From positions 12,772,001 to 12,836,000 of the forward strand of contig OZ210885.1 in assembly GCA_964658305.1 (NCBI GenBank): DNA of 64,000 nt, read 5' to 3'. This document shows, in pieces, positions 23,878-37,050 of this stretch (position 1 is the stretch's first letter; each line of letters begins with the position of its first letter). Source of the stretch: Leptogorgia sarmentosa (lineage: Eukaryota). The position numbers and the translations under genes are program-made. The notes below the pieces were generated by a model. That model saw nothing but the letters and a program-made list of their open reading frames with translations. It was not told where the DNA came from and ran no database searches.

Positions 23878-23949
23878 TGCCGTGACCAGGATTCGAACCT
23901 AGGTTATTGCTGTCACAACGCAATGTACTAACCACTATACGATCACGGC
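23878..23949 (-). tRNA. tRNA-His(GTG)
   Basis: GCCGTGATCGTATAGTGGTTAGTACATTGCGTTGTGACAGCAATAACCTAGGTTCGAATCCTGGTCACGGCA; one anticodon-stem mismatch. Confidence 0.82.
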
Positions 23950-24056
23950 GACTTCGCTGCAAGAATTGAAAATGTTTTGGAACGGCTGAGATATTACATT
24001 AAGCCCGTATTTATCTTCCTCAGTACAAAGTACATTAGAGATTCGATACAATCAAT

Positions 24057-24524
24057 GGCTTGTATGATTCTCGCTTAGGGTGCGGGAGGCAGAATAATAT
24101 TTTGGGCTCATTTTGCTCGGGAAGTACTGGGTCGAGAATATTATACAGCAATTCTGACTCTAAACAGAAAATATTGTCTTTTCTTTTTCTTTTTGTTTTT
24201 CTAATCCTGGCCCAAACAGTAATTCTGACCCTAACAACAAAATGCTGAGAAAAAAAGCTTGAAAATAAACAAACAAAATGAAAAAAATGCAAAATGACAA
24301 AAAGCCAACACGCGAGAATCGAACCTGCAGGGTCGCTACTGGCAAGTAGGGACCGTAACTCCTGAGCTAACGAAGCTCGACAAAATTGCCGTTAAAAAGC
24401 TTTTATATGAATAGATTTTGCAATATAACTAAAGTACGCGCGGTTACCAAGTATCACAAAGAAAGTGAGCCCAAAATAATTTTCTGCGTGCGGGAGGTCA
24501 CCGGTTTGATTCCCGTGCAAGCCC
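24057..24524 (+). pseudogene. Interrupted tRNA-Pro(AGG): 5' piece near 24057-24090 and 3' piece near 24488-24524, with a tRNA-like sequence at 24303-24377(-) between them
   Basis: gtatgattctcgcttagggtgcgggagg and gtgcgggaggtcaccggtttgattcccgtgcaagccc. Confidence 0.6.
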
Positions 24525-24646
24525 TAGTTAGTAAACCAACTAAGTTGTTCTCTTTTTTGAAAGCTTTCCAAAATCCTTAGTAAATCCCACTCAAAAAAAT
24601 CGGTTACTTTTACCGTCACGACGTGTGAATAACATCACACCAAACA

Positions 24647-24670
24647 CGTCTCTGGTTGGACTCGAACCAA

Positions 24671-24703
<33 letters not shown>

Positions 24704-24729
24704 AGTTGCGCCACACACACCACAGAGAT
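24647..24729 (-). pseudogene. tRNA-Asn(GTT) with a GT-repeat insertion near the 5' end
   Basis: Inverted paralogue of 10444-10517 including its 3' flank. Confidence 0.75.
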
Positions 24730-25434
24730 ATACTCGTGAATTTTCCAAAGACGTCAAATTAGGCCGTTTGCTGTGATACGATAAAGTGACTAGAAATGGG
24801 TTTTCATTAAGCATGTCGTGGAACTGAAATATTTTTACACAACATACCACTTTGAGGGATGCTGAATTCAAATCCGAAAAGTTCCCACTTACCAGACCCG
24901 CAGTTTTTTAGCAAAACGCTTGTTTATTTTTCGATTTTTCGCTTCTCGCCCGCCATTTTGAAATTATTTTGCATTACATTCCATCGCTCACAGTCATGAT
25001 TATTTTGCCCCAGTCTTTCCAATTCTTGGCCGAGTAGTCATTTTCGTTAATGGTGTTAAAATCACTGACCTGCATAAAAAACTGGATTGAGTGCTTATTG
25101 TGGCAAACGCGGGTGAGCGCTGTGAAAAAGCAGCTCGAGCTCTGTCTAGTTAGTTTTTTTAAAACTTTTTGTGCTATACAAAAATATTAAGCATATATTT
25201 CTGACTAACCTTCCAACTGAAAGAACCCTTCTATTTCGCTTCAATTTACGGACGTAGCTAGAGCGTTAAATTGGGGGGGAGGATATTTATATATGAGTAT
25301 TCTGGTCGTCTCATCTCTTTTGAAATCAGTTATTTTTGAATTAATTTCAATAGAAATCTGTCGGGCAGAACATGAACACATGAACACCCCCCATTTAAAG
25401 TTCTAGGTACGCCCCTGTTGATATCGCGGGGGGT

Positions 25435-28400
25435 TCATTCATCTTCGTTGTCGCTGTCATCAGTGGAACATTCTGAGTAATCGTAAGTATCCGCATCATT
25501 ACTGTCATCATTTTCTCTGAGCTCGTTTTTGCAGTTAGTGCACTTACACAGGTCTGAGCACCTCAACGTCGCCTTCACGCACGAACACCTGTTATTCTCG
25601 CAGCCTTTTGTACATTTACAATGGACGAATTCCAAAACAGAATCGGGAGCCGGTGGAAGGGTCATCCAGTTAACCGAAACGTCGCCTTGATCATCTATTT
25701 TCCACCCATGGTCGCAGAAATTTGGCAGGTTTTGTACTGGCTGATTTGCGTGTCGCCAGATGTAACATTGGTAGTTAGCTCGATTGATATGTTGATCGAG
25801 TGAGTCCTGGTTTGGAGGCAGTGAATCTTCTTCGTATTTTCCACCTTTGAACATTTGGTACCGAACAGAATTGACGTCGCAAAATCCTTGAAAGCCATAC
25901 CAGTGACACACAAAACCGTACAAGCCATCTCTCAATTCTGCGGAAGGAACCAATGTAGCGCCCATGTTTTGGAAAAGACTTGCATATATATCTTTCGTTC
26001 TAGCGATTTTTAGCGCTGTAACTTTGCCTTTTCCGTAAAAGGAACTCGTGGTGTCGCATCCTTTAGTAAACGAGAATGAAAACGTCAGTTTTTAATACTA
26101 AATTTGTAGTGCGTTAGGTAATTATTAGAGAGCCTTCGCACATGACGTTACGGCCACCATGTTGGTGTACTAGAACAAAAGAATTTTAAATATATTCTTT
26201 TGAAAATACACCAACATGGCCACCAGATTCTTTGTTGGTTTGATCCCCAGGGACTGAGTACAAACGCTCTATAGGTTATTCAGGTCCAAAGTAATTTATC
26301 CTTTTTTCTGCGTACGGTGAAAATTACCTGTAAATGCATGAATGCCGATCAGCGCGCTACACCACTGGTCACCAAAGTGTTGCTTAACCTTGTTTAACGA
26401 AATGATCTTTTTCCGATTTCCAACACCCGTTTCGAATAGCAATGCTGCATCAATCCCTAAACAAGCATTCAATGCAATGAAGAAGACGTCTGTGTCTGGA
26501 CTCCTGATGACAATGGTGGAGTAATCCTGGCATGCATGTCCTGCGTGTGTAATCATTCGCGTATCTGCCTCTTCGTGATCACAGCGAAGCTCCTCGATTT
26601 CGTGGCTAATCATTTCGCCATTTACCTCGAAAAGCTTGTGGCACGTATCTTCGTGTGCAATAAACACTGTGATGCCCTTCAGTAAACGCGGGTCTGCCTT
26701 GCTCCACGTAATGAAAATAAATTTCATTAGTTCTTCCTTATTTTCTCCGGAACACATAAACTTCTTCCACTGGCGGGGGGGGGGGGTCTTCTGCTGTTCA
26801 CCATAAATTCGAATAACCTGGACACCACTAGCCGCTCGTCTATTCCTTTCCAGGTCTTTAATGCTCTGTCGCGGATAACGATCGCAGACAAAGTCTATCC
26901 GCTTGGAGTTGGAAAACACTGCCATGTTCACAATTTTGAGAAGTAATTGTGTTGCCAGTTCGCCGAACGTGTCAGGAATTTCTATCATGGTTTGTATCAT
27001 GGCCATTGCGTCGACAATATACGCTTTCTCTAATTCAGTAGGATTATCAACAGAAGTATCATTTACTTCTCCTTCAACGGCGCTGACCAATTTGGACTTG
27101 ACAGTTTTCATCAGATCCCCTTCATTTGTTGCTAGTGAACAAGGGAAAGGTCGCAGAGAGTATTTCAGGACCTCTTCCATTTGCAGGTTACGACTCTTGG
27201 CTACCAAGAGCATCTTTGCGAAAAGATTTTTTGAATTCTTCAAGGTTACAAGTTTCCCTTTCCTGCTTTTACTCGTAACTTTTTTGCCGAGTTCGGAGAA
27301 TGTTTGCAGTTTCGTTTTTGGTATTGTGCAGTAAATGTTCGGTTCCTGCCCAACGATGTTAGTTTCCATAAACTTAACGGCAGCAGATTCTCCTTTTTTC
27401 TGCATGGTTTTCATGTCATTCGCGATCGCAGGAGTGGCAACAGTTCCGCTTACCAGCTGCACAAGTTCATGCCGGGCGCTCTCAAAGGGATTTATCATGG
27501 ACTCGATTGTATTGATTACACTGACTATTGCCTTCTCATCTGCTTTTGTTCTTGTTTCGTCCAAATCTTTTCTCATCCTAAATTAATGATGATATCTACA
27601 TCAACACTTTCCTCAATTAAATATTATTTTGAAATGATTCAAGCTGTTAAAACATTACTGAATTACCTTTTAATTTCAGTTACATTTGCCATGTCTTCAC
27701 ATTGCCTTGTGATAGCACTTCTCTCCGCCTGTCCCATCAACCAACGATGCACTGCTCCTTTATTTAGAGTCATCCCCACTAAACCACCTTTCATTTTGGA
27801 ATCTCTGACAAAAATAATAGAAAAGACTAAAATAGCTAAAACTCTTGTGAAAGGAGTGAAGCCATGGGTTTCCTCCAGACACTTCGCTTTCCTCCCCAGG
27901 AGATTAAGTTAACTTGGTTAGGTGATTGGACCCACAGTTATTAGCATATACTGTTGTGACTTCGACCTTGTGGCGAAGCCAAATGAACTAAACAACAGAA
28001 GTCAATAGTCAAAGTAAGAGAATTCTAACCTATTCAATGTCTGTTCAATTGTTTGGTCACACGCCACACTTGAGAATGCATATTGCCCTTGTCATTGAAC
28101 TGTCCAGTTTTCTGAAATGGTTGCAGCAACATCTAGGACAAAGAGAAAGTATTCGTAGATGTGAAAACTGAATAACCTTATTTACATATGTATATTAAAG
28201 CAGACTTACATGGGTGTGTTTTCTCCAGGCATACCATTTCAAGCCAGTAGCATGGTCCATATCTGGAATAATTTATCCGATCAGTGACAAAAAACCAGGG
28301 AATCATCGATCTCAGTGAGCTCAGATGTAATGACCAGTCTGACGTTCTCGTCGCCCTGATGTAAAGCAGTAGTAGTTGTACCATCTCTATATAATTTGAC

Positions 28401-31042
28401 CAAAACGCAAACGAGGGATTTTCATCGCTCTTTCTTTCAATAAACTGGTCGTACTTTGCTTTTGTCTCTGCAACAATACTGCTGGAGCACATTTCCAAGA
28501 ACCCCTCCCGTCTGCTATCCTCCTGTACATCGATGGCAATGGCGTTGAACGATTCTTTTTCAGCAGCTGTCAAAGTCTTCTCAAAGGCTTGGAACCGCAG
28601 TCTCTCCATGGCCTCATACATTATCTTGTGGGCTCTTATACAACGATTGTAGTGCCTTCCAGATAGTACACCTGTCATAGATCCTGAAGCCACAACTTCT
28701 GATTCGATCATTATGTCCTACATAAAACGAATAAAGATTATTCAGCTGCAGGTGATTATACGGTACTAGTCACAAGGAGAATCATTCGTTAATGAAAAGA
28801 ATGTCAATACTTACTTGCCATCCTGCGTCTTTGTAAATCTTAGCTATGGCACTGCAAAATGACATCACTGTGTGGAAGTCACCGAGTCTAATTACCAGGC
28901 GTCGTTTAAGATCTTCGTCCTTCCATCGTATCATCTGCGCTTTGCAATATATTGCTTCGTCAAACACCAGTACAATTTCTGGTAGTCGGAGGCGTTCGCA
29001 TATAGAAACGCTATGATGAAGGATTGTGTTGACGGTCGCCATATCAGTGACAGGGGCGTCAATAACTGGTAGGTAGCCAATATTAGAAACGTTTGGAACC
29101 TCTTTATAGACCTCCGTGTTGAATCCCGTCCATCCGGGTATGTTTTCACCTTCCTCTGAACCATATTTTCCGGCCACCAAATATAAAAAATCAGCATTTC
29201 TTGCCATGTCCTGCTTATCAGCGTGCAATCGCTCTTCAAGGAAGATGTCCGAACTTTGATTACGAAGGGATATCGTTCCTTTCTCCCGATTAACATATGG
29301 AATTATATTCGTTTGTGGTGCTGTCATGGTACGTTGTTTTTTGCTCACGGCGATCTTCTGTTGCAGACTGACATTACCATTCTGCACAATGATTCCATTT
29401 GCTACATGTGTTGTTCCTTTACCAGACACAGTTTCTTCATTAAAATCGTTATTATCCCAAATGATGGTAGCAAACGCTCCTGGCCTAATGTTGCGTGGGA
29501 TGACAATTTCCTGCCCTTGAGTGGTAGTTAGAGCCAACGCAGTCTCATGCTTATAAACCGTAGCTACAGAAGTGGTGTGTCCCAAACCATATAAGATCTT
29601 TAACAATCGGATCGACCCAGTCATCTGACGAACCGTCATACCAAGAGCCAATGATTTGTGGGTCAGCTTTTTCCCCTTGGACTCCGCATATATCAGGTCT
29701 TGCGCTATAGATACCACTTTCCTCTTCTCACTAGGGCTGAGATTAACCATTCCATCCTCAATTGGATCACAGGAGTACCCAAGGCACCACGCTAAAAAGT
29801 TATACAACCGCACTGGAACGCACCGTGTTGCCAATTCTAGGGTAAGATCGTTAGAGTCGGGAGGCCACTCAGCATCGACACCTTTGCTTTCCATTAAAAG
29901 CTTCTTGATTTCCATTGCGGCAAAAAATAATTCTTTAAGGGGGAAACTGGTTGGTTTAACTGGTTGGCTAGGTGCTCCATCGTCCTCATTATCGCTGTCC
30001 ATACCGTCCGTGTCATCGTCTCCACTTGGTATTGCTGTGAAGTCATCAGCAACTTCACCAGCTGTCACATTGTCAACATAAACAAGAGTACCTTTCCTCA
30101 CCGTCTTTGACGCATGAAAAACAATTTGAGGATATCGCTTCTGGATTCTCTTTTTAATCGTGCAGCTTGGTAAGTGACTTGGACATTCTCTATAGTTTGC
30201 ACACACTTGATAAACTCATTCAGCAACTGGCCGAGAAATACAACTTCCTTGTTCTCGATGATTCTTTTTTCAATAATTTCAGCGCAGAACTGATCGAATG
30301 CCTTGTCGTATAACGTTGGCTCCACAGCAACTGCCTTTTGTTTTCGAGACACACACTTTGTATACATCTGGTAACATCTTTTATGGTATCTGGCTTCAAT
30401 GGCCACGCAGTCTTTTCCGTTGATGTGCACAAGGATGCTGTCATCGCGTTTTAGCAATGCGGCCTCAAGCAAAACTCCTGCTGTAAGAGTTTGTGCAACA
30501 GATAGCCCTTGTTTCACACGCTTTTTCGATATCTGTGAAAACAAAGCATATAGCTGTAGATGTATATATGGTACTCTAGTCTTCGTCTAACCCTAAAAAA
30601 AGGCGGTGTAAAACTTACATTATCCGTGACATAGATTGGTCCTTTTTTCTTGCATATTAAACAAGCATCGGGTAGCACGTTAGACGATCGACTTTCATGA
30701 CATTTCCCAAGGCTTCCAAACGATCGTCGGGTAGTAATGCGGGGCACTTTTTCCGGCTTGGGATAGTCGATGTCGATATTCTCAGCATCACCAGTAGCAA
30801 TCTTTTCTGGAGCTGACGTACCCATTGCTCTTTTAATTTTGTTTATGTCCGTAAACTTTCGATAGCATGACAAATGATAGCAGCATTTTTCTTCATCGCT
30901 TAAATCACCTGAGTCATTGAGATACTCCAATGACTTTTTGGCGACTGAAGTGAAGTTCTTATAAATGAATCACGCAGACATGATTCAAAAAAGACATTGT
31001 TATGGAAATCCAGTTTTGAAAATGAGTAATGCAATACTCCAT
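25435..31042 (-). pseudogene. Academ transposase (DDE + XPG + Cys8 finger), multi-exon, disabled
   Basis: Exons about 30958-30619, 30532-28815, 28717-28210, 28132-28030, 27804-27667, 27577-26328, 26060-25435; motifs WDNND, FDEAIY, GDFH, DQTIEQ, HEEADTRM, FTGCDT, CKC...CSC...CKC. Frameshift near 30153 and in-frame TGA at 28094-28092. Confidence 0.85.
26126..26272. mobile_element. Small MITE inside the last Academ intron
   Basis: tagagagccttcgcac / gtacaaacgctcta imperfect TIR, internal ccatgttggtgta / tacaccaacatgg inverted pair. Confidence 0.5.
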
Positions 31043-33834
31043 CCAGTTTTTCCTTGCAGATCAGTGATTTTAACATTCCCATCAACGAAAATTACTACTC
31101 GACCAAGAATTGGGAAGACTGGGGCAGAATAGTCATGATTGTGAGCGATGGAATGTAATGCAAAGTAATTTCAAAATGGCGGGCGAGAGGCGAAAAATCG
31201 AAAAATAAACAAGCGTTTTGCTAAAAAACTGCGGGTCTGGTAAATGGGAACTTTTCGGATTTGGATTCAGCATCCCTCAAAGTGGTATGTTGTGAAAAAT
31301 ATTTCAGTTCCACGACATGCTTAATGAAAGTGAAAGATAGCTAACCACAGCAAACGGCCTATGTGTTTACTCATGGGTTCACCACGCTTTCTTCTTCTCA
31401 ATTAAATTCATAGAAGATCATTGTTATGGAACAAAAATCTTTACGCTTTTATGTTTCGTACTTTTACACGGTAAAGACTGTACGTTATGACATAAAACGA
31501 TATTTGCTGTATTAAAAATATTTCGATCGAAATGTAACATTCCTAGCTTGACTCGGCCAATGCGATTACTGCGGAATGCAGACTGCGTGACTCGCGGATA
31601 TTTTCCTATGCCTTTGCAATGTAGAGTAGAATACAAAGTTTTTAAAAATATCATACGAGAAATTCGAACTATTTTCTACAAGCGCAGCAGAGCCCATGGC
31701 CTGGAGTGGGCTGTAGCTTCCTCAATTTTTTGCTGGGTTATAATATGCTAACAAGAATATAGGAAGACTGTATAATCCACGCTTAGAAATCGAAGGGATT
31801 ACCGATCAAGAATGCCACACAAAATTGTTTATGCTGAGCAGGTTTCGCGTTATATTTTGCACGATACTATCTATACTGATCCGCAGTGAATGTGCAGAAA
31901 TTAAAAATCATATTTCTGGTATATCAGATGAAGTTTAAGTTGCGCGCTGCAGACAGCTGTAGTTAGGATAAAAATTTAGAGATTCTAATGGGGGTAGTAT
32001 CGCATAGCTCTTGGCTACGTAGACTGTGATTAATCTCCACTTTCATTTTGAGCCTCCAAGATGATATTTTAGAGCAGAAGTCTTAGTGAAATGTGGGCAA
32101 CTGTGATGTATTTAGTGAAATAAAGGCAGCAAAAGTCATAACTCTACCTGATGATAGATGTGTTACCGTCATTTTCTCTTTGTATACAATATGGTTATAA
32201 AATATGTTTGACTTTCACGTCTGATGGTATCATGGTAGCACGATAGAGAAATCGAAGTGACATATTGATAGAAACTAAAGGAAAATTCAAGGAATTTTAA
32301 AACTATTTTCCAAGGCATTCTCAAGCTCTCGCAGGATGAATTTTAATCTGCCGGAAATTGAAAGGGATTTCCCCTTTTCTCAAGCCATGTTCTGATTACA
32401 CTCAGAGTTTTAATATTTTAGCCAGTCTGTCCTTTATTGTAGCAGTGAGTTTCATGTATTTCGTTCTCTGTCAATATAATCGCAATCATACTACATTGAC
32501 GAATAATTGAAAGCGGGACAGGGAATAAGAAACGAGGTGAGTTTGATTTAAATGTCTAGTAAACCAAAGAAATTCCCGTAGGATTTCCCGTCACAGAGCT
32601 GCGAAGATGCCGTGTGTTAGGAAAGCAATATACCCGTTGAAAGGAAAATACGTTAGGCATGAACGACACAAATGACGGAACAAATATATTCAACCGTAAT
32701 AAGGTTACAAATAGGTATAATATGCTCGAAATAATGAACGAACTGCGAAGGACCAAAGCCGGAAGCTAAATCTTCATGCTGTACGTTTATATTTTGCCAT
32801 ACATGATTGTATTGATCGCCATTTCAAGCGAATTTATATCCCTATCAGAATTTATTTGCTGAAAACTCCACCAAAACCTAAAAGTTTTCGCTCTGTTAAC
32901 ACGGAATTTTTCAATACTGATATTACTAATGCTAATAGAAATTGCTCATGAGGAGAATATGGCTTACTAAGCAAGATTTGCTTACAAATATTTATAGCTG
33001 CATTTCATATGACAAGGTTACAATCATGATTTAATATTAGTGAAATAATATCAGCAATTACGTTGGCTGATAGAAGTCTATCAAAATTGACCTTCTCATA
33101 TTAAACAGGGTGTTCATTACAATATATACTGTACACTTTGGTGAATTCAGTGGCTAATTTTGTCCCCTTCATTAATGATTTTTCCTACAGCTTCTCTAAG
33201 GCATCCAACCCATTCCATACAAATTTCTTGGCAGTGACTAAGCCAAGCTGTGTTCAGACATACATTAATAAATGATATAGAAACTCTAACCCTATCATCA
33301 TTGACTTTATACTGTAGTACAGCATGCATCAAGTTGTATATTGCATCAGTAGTTTGTGACCTAGCTGGTGATTCCTAGCATGGCAAATAAGTCCAGAGCA
33401 TTCCCTGTTACACAGGGCCTTCACTTGCTCTAAAAACACCACCAAAACCTCAAGCTTTTGCTCTGCAAACCCACATTCTTTCAGTACAATTATATTATGC
33501 TTAATATAAATTTATTAAATAGTAAAGACAATTCTATTATTTGCCCAGCAAACAAGTTTTGTGTTACATATATTTATAGCTGTTTTATACCACAAGAATT
33601 CAATCATGTTTTGATGTTCCAAGGATGTCAATCTCCTGGGCTGATGAAATTACCATTCCCTTCAAGATTTTAGTAGCAGGGAAACGATATGTGACCCCCG
33701 GCCATATTACATTCATTTTGCTTCTCTATTAAAAAAATGTATTTTACACTTAACACCCATCAAAAAGTAAAAACTACACAACCAGAAATTTGACAAAAAG
33801 ACATTTTGGAGCATTTTAATACATTGCAGCAACT

Positions 33835-34642
33835 GTCCCAGCATGTGTATAATTTTTACTCAATATTAAGACACATTAACTCCCATCAAAAATTTTCACA
33901 TTGAGTGAAGTTCTATAAAACCATATTGATTTACATACTGATGTTATATTTCACTGCAAATTTCAAGTGTCGCAATTGAATTTAGAGTGTTTTTACCTCA
34001 GATTTAGATCAGATCTACATATTTCATTTGTGTTTTGAAATCATAAGGCTAATAAGGGATTGGATTAGATTTGACTACATCATTCTGGATTGAGTCAATT
34101 TTGATTTTGATTTCAATCTGGAAGGATTGAATTGCTGATTGAAAATAATGCATTGAATGTGAAATCCTAATTTTATTGCAGAAAGAATATGACTGGGCCT
34201 GAAACTGCAAAACAAATCATGCATGTTTTTTGCCCACATGTTTTCATTCCTTAAATTCCAGTTTGCATGTACATAAACTGTCAAACTAGACACGAGTTTC
34301 TTTCTGCCACTTACTGGAAAAATCCCCCCTGCCTCTCGCACATTTTACTTTAATTTTCATTGTCAGATTTGTTAGCCTATGATAAGTTTATAAACTGTTT
34401 TAATCTATAAAACCTGACTGTCAGGAATTGTAACCATGAGATTTCAGACCAGCATTCTGACCGACCGAGCTATAGAAGTCACTTGTTGAGTAATAACTTT
34501 AAGTTCATGTAGATTTATCTTGTATTTGTGCAGATGGTTGGTTGTTATTGCTTAGTTGTTATATAATACTGTCCAAACAAAATCAAACTGCCACAGATAC
34601 TGCCGAAGAACATTGAGTGTTTTAATTATTTCCCATCCCTGG
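33835..34642 (-). repeat. Inverted copy of the 4005-4940 repeat
   Basis: See 4005-4940. Confidence 0.75.
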
Positions 34643-37050
34643 GGGGGGGGGGGGGAAAGTGCACATATTATTTTCATGAGGGTGAACATATTAACATCTT
34701 TGTTGTCAATGGTTTTCCAATATGGTTTTTATTTCACCTACATATATAGATTACTTAATGCAATTGTATATAACCCCATGTGTCTCTCATCTCCCACAAT
34801 ATTTCCTGACAGTGAGCCCAGTTGTTCAAAATGTCAAACCTTGTGGTATCATTTAATATGTAGATAGTGGAAAAACAAATTGCTGGTTGTCGATAATCAG
34901 TCATCGCACTCAGACATTAACCCAATTTCAACATAATGTTAAAATTAGGATTTCATTTTTTTGTGGGTAGTTTCTCTCCTTTTGTATCTTTATCTCCTTT
35001 TGTATCTGTATTTCTAAATCTTCATGATTTTGCTGGATCTTCCCATTCTGTTGCCACAATTACCCATGATCCAAGATCTTGCCATGCTCTTGCCAAAATT
35101 GCATTATCATTCAATCATGATGTTGTAAGATCCTTGGGTGGGCGTACGAGGCGGGTGGGGCAAGGGGGGCAACTGCCCCCCAAAAATTCAAATTGGAAAA
35201 TTCGGGCACTGATTTTGAGCATAATTCGGGCAAAAATCTGAGGAATAAGGTAATGTCAACAATCCTCCAGTCGTTCACCTGAACGAGCGTACCAAGAAAG
35301 TGGAGTTATGACTCTGAAATCGCCAGGGGTTGAAACCATAGGTTGTAAAAGTTAAAAAATTTCTCGCTCGGCGCCCACCATGGTGGCTGGCGCCTCGTGA
35401 AACTCGCTACCCTCAAATTCGGGCAAAGATCTTTCTGCCACCCTGAAAAAATGTAGCCCGTACGCTTATCCTGGCAAAACACACATTAAAGGCCTCGACA
35501 AAATTTTCCCAAAATGTTGCAAGACTCATGCAAGATTTATCTTCATAACATCTCTCCATGTGTGATCAGCAGAAGATTCGACGCTTTGAGCGAAGGCCCT
35601 TCGTTGGGAGTTACTTAGTTACAAATTGCTGCCGGAAGGTGGGCCTTTACTCGAAATGTCAAATGTGTCGTTTAAGTAGAACCTTTCTTTGCTGTCTGTT
35701 GATGTTTTTATCAGCTTTTCTTTGACGTTCGAGATCTTGTCATAATCTTTCTGGATCATCACATGTTGTTGTTGGCAAAAACAAGCATGGGAAAAGTGGT
35801 CTGATGCTTAAAATGTATATACAGACGTATACGGATGTATATATGGTGAATGTATTTCTATCGTATACCTTTTGGTGATGAATAGTGGCAGTGCTTGTAT
35901 TTACTAATAAATTTTGAAATCTTCTTTAATTCTGAATGTGTGTAGTTGCTGTCCACCACGAAACGAAAGGCAAAAACCATATTTATTTGCGTTTGTAGGG
36001 AGTTCAATTCAAATTTGTCATTTGAGTTCAACGTTAAATTCAACTTTTCTGATGGTAGGATCGTATTAACGTAGAAAGGTATGTAAGAAACAACATTGAC
36101 AGATAGATTATAGAATTCTTTATTTTAAGCATTTGGATAAGGCCCTTGATCGAGCAAAACGAGCATCACTATTGATTACACCGATATTCTTCTGTCTCGC
36201 GTATCCCGGGAGTCTGCAAGTATTCTACTGTGCACTTGAGGCCATCCTTATTGTACACTACGTAAATCTTGTTTCACTGCTACAATATTTAAATAATTGC
36301 TACTATCACTGTTGTGCGAAGACTCTTGATTGACAAATTTGTACCATATCCAACAAGAATTTTTTTGCCAAAAATACACATCCTAAAAGATCAAAGTAAT
36401 GAAACTTTTTTTTGACTTCATGATATATTTCTGATTTCTCTAGGAACAATCTTTACTCCGGTCGCCTCTTGTGGAAATCAACCTAAGTTTTTGGTAAGTA
36501 GTATATAATTTTTCAACGACTTATCTATCTATCTAGTACCTCTGCAAAACGGACATTGTTGGTATTTTAGTTTTTTCATGTGTTGGCGTAACTTATAGCA
36601 AAAATATGTAGTGTTGGTTGACCTCATTCATCGTCCGTAATTCATCAACTATCTTAAATCCTCGCTTCGACATCCCCAGACACGGTTGATCCTACGAGAT
36701 CATGTCGAGATTCCTTCATGATTCAGTCGTGATTTGTAAGCGGACAACTTTAGTGTAAAAAAGAGTAACTTAAGTGTAAAAAAGAGTAAGCGGACAACTT
36801 TATTCGAACGCTTGAACTGCTGTAGTCGGAGAAAACAGCCCCAATTATTGGCCAAAATCCACCTGTGTGCAAGCGTTGCTTGACTCATTAACGAGATCCG
36901 AAGCAATTCACAACACTATGCAAATTTCACAACATTAAATTTCTAATATTTTTCCATTTTCGGACCATTTATATCATTTTTCGCCGCTTCTCTTCAAATT
37001 CTTTACCATGCGATGCTTACGTGCCTTAGATTTACTGTAAGAGTGTAATT

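Larger units (their letters stand above)
24760..31361 (-). mobile_element. AcademX DNA transposon
   Basis: Termini TAGGCCGTTTGCTGTG / CACAGCAAACGGCCTA, about 300-bp imperfect TIRs (24760-25068, 31060-31361); encodes DDE transposase + XPG nuclease + Cys-rich finger. Confidence 0.9.

Noticed and set aside
28092..28094. In-frame TGA as selenocysteine or readthrough
   Set aside because: A single nonsense substitution (for example CGA to TGA) is simpler; the gene also has a frameshift and I saw no SECIS.
26903..30081. Plus-strand ORFs of 100-200 aa opposite the Academ transposase, and similar ones opposite LINE ORF2
   Set aside because: Antisense shadows of real coding frames with no motifs.
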